This document shows positions 56,153 to 64,000 of a DNA stretch of 64,000 bases, in pieces. How positions within the stretch are numbered: position 1 is the stretch's first letter; each line of letters opens with the position of its first letter. The notes under the pieces were generated by a model. The model was not told the DNA's origin. It ran no database searches and saw nothing but the letters and a program-made list of their open reading frames with translations. The translations under genes were made by a program, and so were the position numbers. The DNA is from an uncultured Gemmatimonadales bacterium (GTDB taxonomy: Bacteria; Gemmatimonadota; Gemmatimonadetes; Longimicrobiales; RSA9): assembly GCA_963798085.1 (NCBI GenBank), contig CAWCRS010000003.1, positions 713,573 to 777,572 of the forward strand. Direction: 5' to 3'.

Positions 56153-56168
56153 GGCAAGCGCCATTCCA
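56153..56168 (-). promoter_or_regulatory. sigma-54 promoter of the flgB operon
   Basis: The minus strand reads TGGAAT-ggcgc-TTGCC. It lies about 35 nt upstream of the flgB ATG, and a GGAGGA RBS lies between them. Confidence 0.65.
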
Positions 56169-56428
56169 GTGGGCAGAAACCGCGGCGGCAACTCCTGGCA
56201 TCCGCCGGAAGTCGCCGCATGGCAACACGTTGCGGGTTCAGACATGGCGCCATCACAAGCCCCGCCAAACAGCCGGTTCCCACGAATGGCGGCAAGTTCT
56301 GCCGCCTCCAGACGGGTCGTTCTTGCCGGTTGAGGCAGACGCGAGGCTGCTGCGGCGAGGCAGACTCCGGCCGGTTGTTTGCTTGTCGCTGATCTTCCTG
56401 CCGGTATCGTGGTTCCGCGCGAACGACT

Positions 56429-56773
56429 AACGGAATACTTCATCATCACACGGAGGCATCGGGGGGCGGAGGGGCGCTGCTGTGGCGTGAGGGCTGAACC
56501 GCAGCGGACCGGTTGTGATGGGTTGCCTGCTGGGATTGAAGGCGATTTCGTGCGGTGTTCTGCTGCAGGCGCATCGCTGTGATTTCAAACGATCCGGACT
56601 GTCGCTGAATTCCTCCGATCAACCGCCTCGATCACTCGATCGAGCAGTGCCCGATCCGCGCCTCGTGCGATTTCCTTGTCGTGCGTTCACGCCCCGGGGC
56701 CACGCAGCCGCAATCCGTCCCCCGTGTCCCCCGTCCCTCCGACCACCTCAGTGTGATGATGCAGTTATCCGTT
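56429..56773. repeat. inverted-repeat (MITE-like) noncoding element, copy 2
   Basis: The left arm is 56429-56456 (aacggaatacttcatcatcacacggagg). The reverse complement of the right arm, 56746-56773, is aacggataactgcatcatcacactgagg. It shares catcatcacac and cggaggggcgctg with copy 1 at 26.3 kb. Confidence 0.6.
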
Positions 56774-56862
56774 TCCGCACCAGATCACATCTCGGCAAGA
56801 CGTCGCCGCCATGCCGCTTACACCAGGACTCACTGCATCCTCGAGCCACGCCCCAGACACCT

Positions 56863-58264
56863 TCAAGCCTCCCCCACAACCTCGTCTTCGAGGCCGTCGG
56901 GGCGATTGAGCTTGTTGCGCAGTGTCCGGACGCTGATGCCGAGCAGGGTGGCGGCGCGGGTGCGATTCTGTTTCGCGGTCTCGAGCGCGGTCTCGATGAG
57001 ACGGCGTTCGGCCTCTGCGATATTCAGTGTGGACAGCACCACCGCGTCTTCAATGCCCGTGTGTCTGGTCCGTGCGGGACGCGCCTCGGCCATGACGTGC
57101 GTGGTACCGGGCAGATCGAAGGCGTCGGGCCCGATCACTGTCGTGCGCGTCATGATCACGGCGCGCTCAATGGCGTGCGCCAGCTCGCGGACATTGCCGG
57201 GCCAGGCGTGTGCGCGCAGCCGTTCCATCGCTTCTGCTGACACGCCGGTTATTTCGCGCCCGGATTCCTGGGCGGCGCGGGTCACGAAGTGCTGCACCAG
57301 TGCGGGCAGGTCTTCCAGTCGCTCGCGCAGTGGCGGCACGCGGATCTGCACGACGCCCAGACGATAGTAGAGGTCTTCGCGGAAGCGGCCTTCCTGGATC
57401 TCGCGGCGCAGGTCGCAGTTGGTCGTTGCGATCACGCGCACGTCGACGCGTACGGGCGAGTGCCCGCCCACGCGCTCGAACTCCTGTTCCTGCAGCACGC
57501 GCAGCAGCTTCGGCCTGCAGGTCGAGACGCATCTCGCTCACTTCATCCAGCAGCAGCGTGCCGCGGTGCGCCCGCTCGAACACAGCCTTGGTCTGGCGGA
57601 TCGCGCCTGTGAAGGCGCCGCGCTCGTGGCCGAACAGCGTGCTTTCCACCAGGGCTTCCGGCAGTGCGGCGCAGTTGATCGCGATGAACGGACCATTGCG
57701 CCGGTCGCTCCGTTCGTGAATGCCCCTCGCCAGCAGTTCCTTGCCGGTACCGGATTCGCCGTGCAGGAGCACGGTGGCGCGCGCCGTGGCCACGGTCTCC
57801 ATGGCTTCCACCACCTGCTGCAGCGCTTCGCTCTCGCCCACGATGGTGCGCTCGGCGCGCTCGCTCACGCGTGCGCGGAGGCGCGCGGTCTCTTTCCGCA
57901 GGCGGTTCGATTCAATGGCCTGGTTGACCACGACCAGCAGCTGGTCCGAGCGAATCGGCTTGGACAGATAGTCCACCGCGCCCGCCTTCATGGACAACAC
58001 CGCGTGCTCCACACTCGGCGCGCCGGTCAGCATGATGAGCGGCACCGTGGCGCCGTTCTGGGTCAGGTAATGCAGGAATTCGAGGCCCGAGCTGTCGGGC
58101 AGGCGATAGTCGGATACAATGAGATCCACCGTCTCGGCTTCCAGCACATCGATTGCCGACTCCACATCGGCCGCCGTGAGCGCGCGGTGGCCGGCGCCGG
58201 CCAGCGTCCGCCGCAGAACGGAGAGCACTGCGGGTTCGTCATCGACACAGAGAATCGTCGCCAT
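56863..58264 (-). pseudogene. NtrC-family sigma-54 activator (receiver + AAA+ + HTH; FleR/FlrC/FlbD-like), one frame disruption
   Basis: The N-fragment is ORF 57167..58264. It carries the receiver DLIVSDYRLPD, Walker A GESGTGKE and the GAFTGA loop. The C-fragment is ORF 56863..57498 (LQEQEFERVGG...WPGNVRELAHAIERA...TRAATLLGISVRTLRNKL). The junction lies at about 57509-57514. Confidence 0.85.
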
Positions 58265-58310
58265 TCGCTTCCGTCGGGCTCAGGATCTCGAAGATCCTTT
58301 GCATCCGGTC

Positions 58311-58337
58311 TCAAGTTTCAATCGGCGCCGCCGAGAA
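58311..58337 (+). promoter_or_regulatory. sigma-28-type promoter of flgL-fliW
   Basis: Reads TCAAGTTT-caatcggcgcc-GCCGAGAA with an 11-nt spacer. It lies about 45 nt upstream of the flgL GTG. Confidence 0.7.
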
Positions 58338-58382
58338 TACCGGCCAGATGGACCGGTTCTGTCTCAGGCAACGCGAGGATCC

Positions 58383-59264
58383 GTGAGGATCACAAATCAG
58401 ATCATCGATCGCCGCGCGCTCGAGGCCATTCAGCACAACATGTCTGGTCTCGCGGAGGCGCAGTCACGCGTGTCAACGGGTACGCGTGTGCATACTGCTT
58501 CGGACGACCCTTCGGCTTACGTCGGCATTCAGACCGCCGACCGCCGGCTGGCCGCCCTCGATCAGTATCGACGCAACATCAGTTCGGCAGGAGCCCGCCT
58601 TTCTACCGAAGAAGGCGTACTCGATCAGGTGACGGACCTGCTGACCCGCGCGCGCGAGGTTGCCACATCGCAGGCGGCGTCGAACGGCACAACCTCCACC
58701 CGCCTCGTCGCCAAGTCCGAAGTCGATCAGCTGCTTTCCGAGGTAGTGGCACTCGGCAACACGCGTCAGAGCAACGCCTTCCTCTTCGGTGGGGATTTTG
58801 CCGACAGTGCGCCCTTCACCACGGCAGGCGTGGCCAACCCGAACCGGCCGCCAGCCGGCGGCGGCAGTGTCGAGTACGGCGATGGCCAGACCATGACCGT
58901 GAACCATGACGGTACGCAGGTCTTCCTCGACACCGGCGTCATTGCGTCGCTGCAGCAGCTCTCCACTGCGCTCGGCACGGATGACACCGCCGGCATTGCC
59001 GCCTCGCTGACCAGTCTGTCTGCGAGCTTCGACGGCGTGCAGGGCCTGCTGGGCGAGGTTGGAGCGCGCACGCGGCAGCTGGACACCGCGTCGGCCAACA
59101 TCGATTCCCTCCAGAATACGCTCCAGACCCAGCGGTCCGACCTCAGTGATGCCGATATTGAGAAGGCAGTGTCGGATCTCGCCAGCCGCCAGACCGCCTA
59201 TCAGGCGGCTCTGCTGGCCACGGCGCGCCTGAATTCGCTCTCGCTAACGGACTATTTGCGATGA
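58383..59264 (+). CDS. flgL: hook-associated protein 3 FlgL
   Basis: A GTG start gives (M)RITNQIIDRRALEAIQHNMSGLAEAQSRVSTGTRVHTASDDPSA.... The C-terminus is ...RQTAYQAALLATARLNSLSLTDYLR. The track ORF begins upstream at 58119. Confidence 0.85.
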   Translation: MRITNQIIDRRALEAIQHNMSGLAEAQSRVSTGTRVHTASDDPSAYVGIQTADRRLAALDQYRRNISSAGARLSTEEGVLDQVTDLLTRAREVATSQAASNGTTSTRLVAKSEVDQLLSEVVALGNTRQSNAFLFGGDFADSAPFTTAGVANPNRPPAGGGSVEYGDGQTMTVNHDGTQVFLDTGVIASLQQLSTALGTDDTAGIAASLTSLSASFDGVQGLLGEVGARTRQLDTASANIDSLQNTLQTQRSDLSDADIEKAVSDLASRQTAYQAALLATARLNSLSLTDYLR

Positions 59265-59725
59265 ACGTAAGGAGTGAGGTCGCCGCCGCCGCCACGCTGG
59301 ATGCGCAGCGTGGTGACGCCGGAGCGCCGCTCGCCATGCCCATCGAATTCGATCGTGGCCTTTTCGGTTTTCCCCAGGCTACCTCTTTCCTGCTCGCACC
59401 CACGTCGCGCGAAGGCTTCTACTGGCTGCAGTCGACCGAGCACGACGCGCTCTGCTTCGTGCTGGCCGATCCCTTCGTGTTCTTCCGTGGCTATGTCGTG
59501 GACCTGCCGGACATCGAGGCCGCGTACCTGGGCGCTAAGGTGCCCGGCAATGTGGTGATTCTCGTGACCGTGACGCTGCCTGATGGCAGCGGTCGCGCCG
59601 CATCGGCGAATCTGCAGGGTCCCATCGCCATCAACGTGCGCAACCGCGTCGGCCGCCAGGTGATCCTGAATCAGCCCGGCTTCGGTGTACGCGAGCCGTT
59701 CGACATGACCGTGCGTCAGGGCTGA
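59261..59725 (+). CDS. fliW: flagellar assembly factor FliW (CsrA antagonist)
   Basis: 154 aa. Contains PIEFDRGLFGFPQATSFLL...FYWLQS...FVLADPFVFFRGY...ANLQGPIAINVRNRVGRQVIL. Its start overlaps the flgL stop (ATGA). Confidence 0.85.
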   Translation: MNVRSEVAAAATLDAQRGDAGAPLAMPIEFDRGLFGFPQATSFLLAPTSREGFYWLQSTEHDALCFVLADPFVFFRGYVVDLPDIEAAYLGAKVPGNVVILVTVTLPDGSGRAASANLQGPIAINVRNRVGRQVILNQPGFGVREPFDMTVRQG

Positions 59726-59754
59726 TCGCAGACGCGAGAGGCGAGCGCAGCAGA

Positions 59755-59786
59755 AAGGGGCGGCTGGTTCATTCCGGCCGCCCCTT
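59755..59786 (+). terminator. hairpin after fliW
   Basis: Perfect 10-bp stem aaggggcggc/gccgcccctt with a 12-nt loop. It lies 30 nt after the fliW stop. There is no clear U tract. Confidence 0.45.
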
Positions 59787-59956
59787 CACGCATTCCGGCC
59801 CGGCGTACACCGGCAGTATCGCGGCCGCAGCCGGCTGCGCATCTTCGTCGCGGCCTGCGCTCGGGTCTGAACCTCGAGTTGATCGCGGCAGTGTCTGAGG
59901 CGACTCCCGGCACAACCTGAAGGCAGGTCGCAGAAGACTGTTGTGTCCCTCGATCC

Positions 59957-61098
59957 GTGGAGGCGATGATGCTACTCAACTACCTCGACAGCGCCATCGG
60001 TTTCGCCGTGATCATGCTGCTGCTGAGTCTGCTGATCACTGTGTTCGTGCAGGCGCTCGTCGTCGCGCTCGGGCTGCGCGGCATCGCGCTTCGAAAGGGC
60101 GTCGCACTCCTGCTGGACCAGTTCGCAGACCTCGGCCCCGGCCTGAAGGACCGGGCCGAGGACATTGCCGATGGCGTCCTCAACCACCCCGCCATCCGGC
60201 GGCAGGGTTGGTTTCTCACTTCGCTGTGGCAGCGAGCGAGCGACATCCGCAAGGACGAACTTCTCGCGCTTCTCTCGAATGCCGATGCCATTGCAGACAT
60301 GCCCGGACTCGATAAGGAGAAGGACACCATCGCCGCGGCGGTGAAAGCGAAGCAGGATGCGCTCGAGACGTGGTTCGACCACGTCATGGATCGCACGACC
60401 GAGCGCTTCGTTTCCTGGACCCGTGGCATCTCGCTCGCCGCGGCACTCCTGCTCGCGCTCTTCCTTCAGGTCGATTCCATTGCGCTGATCAAGCGCATCC
60501 AGTCGGACAGCACGCTGCGTGCGAAGCTCGTCGGCCTGGCGCCCACCGTCCTTGCGCTCGCCGACACCGTGGACCAGGGCCGCTATGTCGCCACCGCCGC
60601 GCTCGACAGTCTGCGAAACAGTCGGGACCAGGTCATTCGCACGGCCGTTGCCGCGAAGCACGACTCGCTCGCGACCCGCGATCAGGGCCGAGTCTTCCTC
60701 ATCAACAACGTGAGCGACAGCACAAGGCGAGCGACAGCCCTCAAGACGTACGAGGCGAGGTTCGACTCCATTCCTCGAATCGGCGCCTGGCAAGACTCGA
60801 CTCCACCAGCAAACGCATTCTCACGACACTCGGCGATTCCCTGCCCGGCGTCTTCCACCTGCCGCCCGCGCTGCCCGCATGGCCATGGAACGGGATGCAG
60901 CTTCTGGGCATCCTCCTCAGCGCGGTCCTCATCAGCCTGGGCGCGCCCTTCTGGTACAACCTGCTGCGCCAGGCCACCAACCTCCGCCCCATTGTCGCGG
61001 GCAAGATCGACGAGCAGCAGTCGCAAGAGGCGTCACAGCAGGGCGCAAGCGCCATAGCAGACACAGCCGCGACAGCGGCCGGCAACCCGAACGCCTGA
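59957..61098 (+). pseudogene. hypothetical polytopic membrane protein, one frame disruption
   Basis: ORF 59957.. gives the N-terminal TM (LNYLDSAIGFAVIMLLLSLLITVFVQALVV) and is plausible up to ...FDSIPRIGA. The natural-looking end (LARLDSTSKRILTTLGDSLPGVF...LLGILLSAVLISLGAPFWYNLLRQ...) is in the frame of ORF 60370..61098. The junction lies at about 60786-60790. Confidence 0.6.
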
Positions 61099-61133
61099 CC
61101 GGCGTGTGAGACTGTGGCAGCCTGGATGCGAGA

Positions 61134-61162
61134 AACGCCCGGCGCAAGCAGCGCCGGGCGTT
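61134..61162. terminator. bidirectional hairpin between convergent genes
   Basis: Perfect 12-bp stem aacgcccggcgc/gcgccgggcgtt with the loop aagca. Confidence 0.6.
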
Positions 61163-61186
61163 CCCCGAACAACACGTTAGCAAGCG

Positions 61187-63409
61187 CTACGCCGCCCGGT
61201 GCTCGCCGGCGGAAGTGCTGCGCGCCGAGAAGCGCGAGACCGACAGCAGCTCGTTGACATTGAGGATCAGACCTACGCGGCCATCGCCCAGAATGGCGCC
61301 GCCGCTGATGCCGCTGATCTTGCCCACGCCGGCGCCCAGAGCCTTGGCCACCACCTGCTGCTGCCCCAGCAGCTCGTCCACCAGCAGCGCAGTGCGCCGT
61401 TCGCCGCTCACCACCACCAACAGCAGCGCTTCCGTCGGATCCGTGGCCGCACCCGGCACGCCCAGCACTTCGTGCAGCCGCAGAATGGGCAGCACCTGGT
61501 CGCGCAGCAGCACCATTTCACCGCGGCCGGCAACCGTCGACAGTGACTCGCGTGCCGGCCGGAAGCTGAGATCAATGCTGACCGTCGGCACGATGTATCG
61601 CTCACTGCCCACGCGCACGAGCATGCCGTCTGTTATGGCAAGCGTGAGCGGCAGGCTGATCGTGAACGTCGTGCCGCGGCCTGCCGCGGAAACGATCTCG
61701 ATGCGGCCGTGCAGCGCTTCGACATTGCGCCGCACCACGTCCAGGCCTACGCCGCGACCGGAAAGATCGGTGACCGTTTCGACTGTCGACAAACCGGGCG
61801 CGAAGATCAGCTTGTGGATCTCGCTGTCCGCGGGTACGTGGTCTTCGGCAATGAGTCCGCGCGCTACCGCCTGGGCGCGGATGCGCTCGCGATCGAGCCC
61901 GCGGCCGTCGTCCCCCAGTGTCAGCACGACACTGCCACCCGCGTGCTTCGCGGTCAGCCGCACTGTGCCGCGCGCCGGCTTGCCAGCCTGCTGGCGCTCC
62001 GCCCCGGACTCGAGTCCGTGATCCACCGCGTTGCGCAGCATGTGTACGAGCGCATCGCCGATCATCTCCACCATGTTGCGGTCGAGCTCGGTGTCCTCGC
62101 CTTCGGTCACGAACTCCACCCACTTGCCGCTCTTCCGGGCTGTGTCGCGACACAGTCGCGCCAGCTTCTGGAACAGCGCCTTCATGGGCACCAGGCGCAT
62201 CGTCATGCCCAGGTCCTGCAGCTCGCGCACGATCTTGCCCGCGTGCGTGACCTTGCGGCTCAGGCCGTCGCCCTGCGCGACGGAATCGGCTTCGGCGATC
62301 ATCGCGTGCGCGATCACCAGCTCGCCGATCGCGTCGAGCAGCCGGTCCAGCCGGTCGGTGCGCACCCGCGTGAACGGCTCCGCACTGCCCTCCATCGCAG
62401 CGGGCGAGCTGGCTTCCACCCCACGGGACGCCTCGCCGGCCGACTTCGCCTGCGCTCGGGTCGCCGCCGCAACATCGGCGTTGCTCTCTGCCAATGCCGC
62501 GGCTTCCAGCTCGGCCAGCAGCTCGGCATAACCCTGTGTTGGCTGCGCGCCCGGGCGCCGCGCTCCGCCCACGCCCCGCACCAGCGCGCCCAGCATGTCG
62601 ACCGACCGCAGCGCCAGGTCCGCGACCGCGCCCTCCAGCTTCAGCGTGCGATCGCGCACACGGCTCAGCAGCGACTCGGCACGGTGCGCCAGCTCGCAGG
62701 TCTTCTCCAGGCCCAGGAATGCGCTCGTGCCCTTGATCGTGTGGAAACACCGGAAAATGCCGTTGATCGATTCGACGTCGAAGCTGCCCGATTCGAGCTG
62801 CAGCAGCGACTCCTCCGCGCTGCGCAGGTACTCATCGCTTTCCGCGATGAATCCCTCGATCAGCTCGGCGTCATTCTCGGGTTGTGTCTCCGCGGCCCGC
62901 CCGGCCGGCGTCCGTTCCGCGAGGGCCGGCGCCACCACCACCGCTGAAGGCGCTCGTGCGGCCGCTTCCGCCGCCTCCTCCGCATCCAGCGCGGCCAGTG
63001 CGGCGAGCATCAGCGGATCAATGGCGAAGCCTGCCGGCGCGGCGCTCGCGGGAGCACTCCCCACCCACAGATCGTCGGCCTCGTCGTCGCCTGCAACCGT
63101 TCCGGCAACTTCCTGTTGCTGCATGGCCGCTTCCAGGCAGCGACCTGCCTCGGCCAGTGCCGCGTCGCCATCCATTCCGCGCAGCAGACCACCGAGCGCG
63201 GCAGCGGCCGCCTCGACCTTCGTGGATGCACTTCCGGCCTTGCGCGCCAGGCGCTTCAGCCGATCGCGCAGCTTGCGAACACCAATGTTATCAGAAGCCA
63301 CGAGCTGCATCAGCTCGACGGCCGCGTCATCCAGCGTGCATCCGGACCTGGCCATTGCTCGCATGTCTGTTGGACACGCACTCGCCCGCTGCGACGAGTG
63401 CGCCCTCAT
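61187..63409 (-). CDS. cheA: chemotaxis histidine kinase CheA
   Basis: 740 aa. It has HPt (FRCFHTIKGTSAFLGL), a dimerisation domain, HATPase (HMLRNAVDHGLE ... GRGVGLDVV) and a CheW-like C-terminus. About 190 aa precede the HPt domain. The start is uncertain. Confidence 0.9.
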   Translation of the reverse strand: MRAHSSQRASACPTDMRAMARSGCTLDDAAVELMQLVASDNIGVRKLRDRLKRLARKAGSASTKVEAAAAALGGLLRGMDGDAALAEAGRCLEAAMQQQEVAGTVAGDDEADDLWVGSAPASAAPAGFAIDPLMLAALAALDAEEAAEAAARAPSAVVVAPALAERTPAGRAAETQPENDAELIEGFIAESDEYLRSAEESLLQLESGSFDVESINGIFRCFHTIKGTSAFLGLEKTCELAHRAESLLSRVRDRTLKLEGAVADLALRSVDMLGALVRGVGGARRPGAQPTQGYAELLAELEAAALAESNADVAAATRAQAKSAGEASRGVEASSPAAMEGSAEPFTRVRTDRLDRLLDAIGELVIAHAMIAEADSVAQGDGLSRKVTHAGKIVRELQDLGMTMRLVPMKALFQKLARLCRDTARKSGKWVEFVTEGEDTELDRNMVEMIGDALVHMLRNAVDHGLESGAERQQAGKPARGTVRLTAKHAGGSVVLTLGDDGRGLDRERIRAQAVARGLIAEDHVPADSEIHKLIFAPGLSTVETVTDLSGRGVGLDVVRRNVEALHGRIEIVSAAGRGTTFTISLPLTLAITDGMLVRVGSERYIVPTVSIDLSFRPARESLSTVAGRGEMVLLRDQVLPILRLHEVLGVPGAATDPTEALLLVVVSGERRTALLVDELLGQQQVVAKALGAGVGKISGISGGAILGDGRVGLILNVNELLSVSRFSARSTSAGEHRAA

Positions 63410-63508
63410 TTTCGACCATGGAGGAGGTTACTTGAGGTTACTTGAGGCAGGACGGGCGGAAAATGGCGCAACCACTCCGCGTGCGGGACGCTGCGCGACC
63501 GGCCTCGC

Positions 63509-63541
63509 CTGACGCCGGCCTCATTGCGGGGCCGGCGTCAG
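63509..63541 (-). terminator. hairpin after the upstream gene, before cheA
   Basis: Perfect 12-bp stem ctgacgccggcc/ggccggcgtcag with a 9-nt loop. Confidence 0.5.
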
Positions 63542-63551
63542 CGTCTGCCGC

Positions 63552-63992
63552 TCAACGCCGGCTGTCGCAGGGAGATACGCGGATGTCGGCGATCTCGAGT
63601 CCCGGATAGAGGCGCAGCACCCGGCCATCCAGACCGTAGAGCGTCACGCTCTCGCCACGCGACAGGCGCTCGTCAATGGCGAGGTCCAGGTCGGAGGCGC
63701 GGGCCAGGCCTACCGTTTCGAGACCCACCGGCACGTCGTAGCGCACGCCGTTCGCCAGTTCCACGCTCACGCGCGCGCACTCGCCTGTGGCCATTCCCGG
63801 CCAGGAGAAGCGGTAGCCTCCTGCGGGGCCCGACTGGAAGCCGAACGGGTAGAGCGGCATGTAGCCGTAGTAGCCCCAGCCGTACGCATCGACGCCGCCC
63901 CCGATCCCGGGAAAGCCGGCCCCCGGGTAGCCCCACCCATAGCCGGTCGCGTCGCCAACGCCGCCACCAGGTCCACCCCAGGGCGAGTACAT
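63552..63992 (-). CDS. hypothetical protein with a Gly/Tyr/Trp-rich N-terminal region (5' end may lie beyond the window)
   Basis: 146-aa ORF. The N-part reads GYGWGYPGAGFPGIGGG..YGWGYYGYMPLYPFGF. The C-part looks like a small beta-rich domain. Confidence 0.4.
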   Translation of the reverse strand: MYSPWGGPGGGVGDATGYGWGYPGAGFPGIGGGVDAYGWGYYGYMPLYPFGFQSGPAGGYRFSWPGMATGECARVSVELANGVRYDVPVGLETVGLARASDLDLAIDERLSRGESVTLYGLDGRVLRLYPGLEIADIRVSPCDSRR

Positions 63993-64000
63993 CCAGGGAT

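Noticed and set aside
1-64000. A search by eye for transposases, integrases, phage genes, toxin-antitoxin or defence systems, tRNA or rRNA genes, and riboswitch-like leaders.
   Set aside because: None was recognised. Every long ORF has a conventional kdp, flagellar or chemotaxis assignment or is a single hypothetical. The window does not look like an accessory island.

Overview
The window is visibly very GC-rich and almost fully coding. No rRNA, tRNA, CRISPR array, transposase, prophage or recognisable defence or toxin gene was found. It has three parts.

(1) 0.15-13.4 kb, minus strand. This holds a Tat-exported GH31 glycosidase and a kdp potassium-uptake locus: porin-like gene, tiny ORF, kdpF, kdpA, kdpB, kdpC and kdpD. 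Upstream is a separate truncated KdpD-type kinase with KdpE.

(2) 13.7-17.4 kb, plus strand. One 1220-aa repeat-rich secreted protein ends in a CxxCH haem domain.

(3) 17.4-63.4 kb. This is a near-complete flagellar and chemotaxis regulon in a Bacillus-like fla/che order, but with L- and P-ring genes, so the host is a diderm.
- Minus strand, read from high to low coordinates: cheA; an NtrC-type sigma-54 activator; flgB-flgC-orf-fliE-fliF-fliG-fliH-fliI-fliJ-ylxF-like-fliK-flgD-flgE; fliL-fliM/N-fliO/P-fliQ-fliR-flhB-flhA-flhF-flhG-fliA-orf; flgF-flgG-flgA-flgH-flgI/J-flgN-like-flgK-csrA; motA-motB; fliC-fliD-fliS-fliT-like-flgM-cheY-cheZ-like.
- Plus strand: flgL-fliW.
- Three sigma-54-type and three sigma-28-type promoters can be read directly.

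Main oddities:
- Unusual domain architectures: an M15/LAS peptidase fold inside FliK, and FlgI fused to a FlgJ rod-binding domain. FliM-FliN and FliO-FliP are also fused.
- Degenerate nucleotide or phospho-acceptor motifs in KdpD, FlhF and FlhG.
- A CsrA-FliW-flagellin leader set.
- A family of inverted-repeat and GGGCTC repeats confined to the long intergenic spacers.
- A patchy cluster of at least 18 single-nucleotide frame disruptions in the early flagellar genes (45-61 kb). This looks more like local sequence error than decay, but it must be resolved before the fusions are trusted.

All calls rest on reading the ORF track and the DNA by eye. No database search was run.
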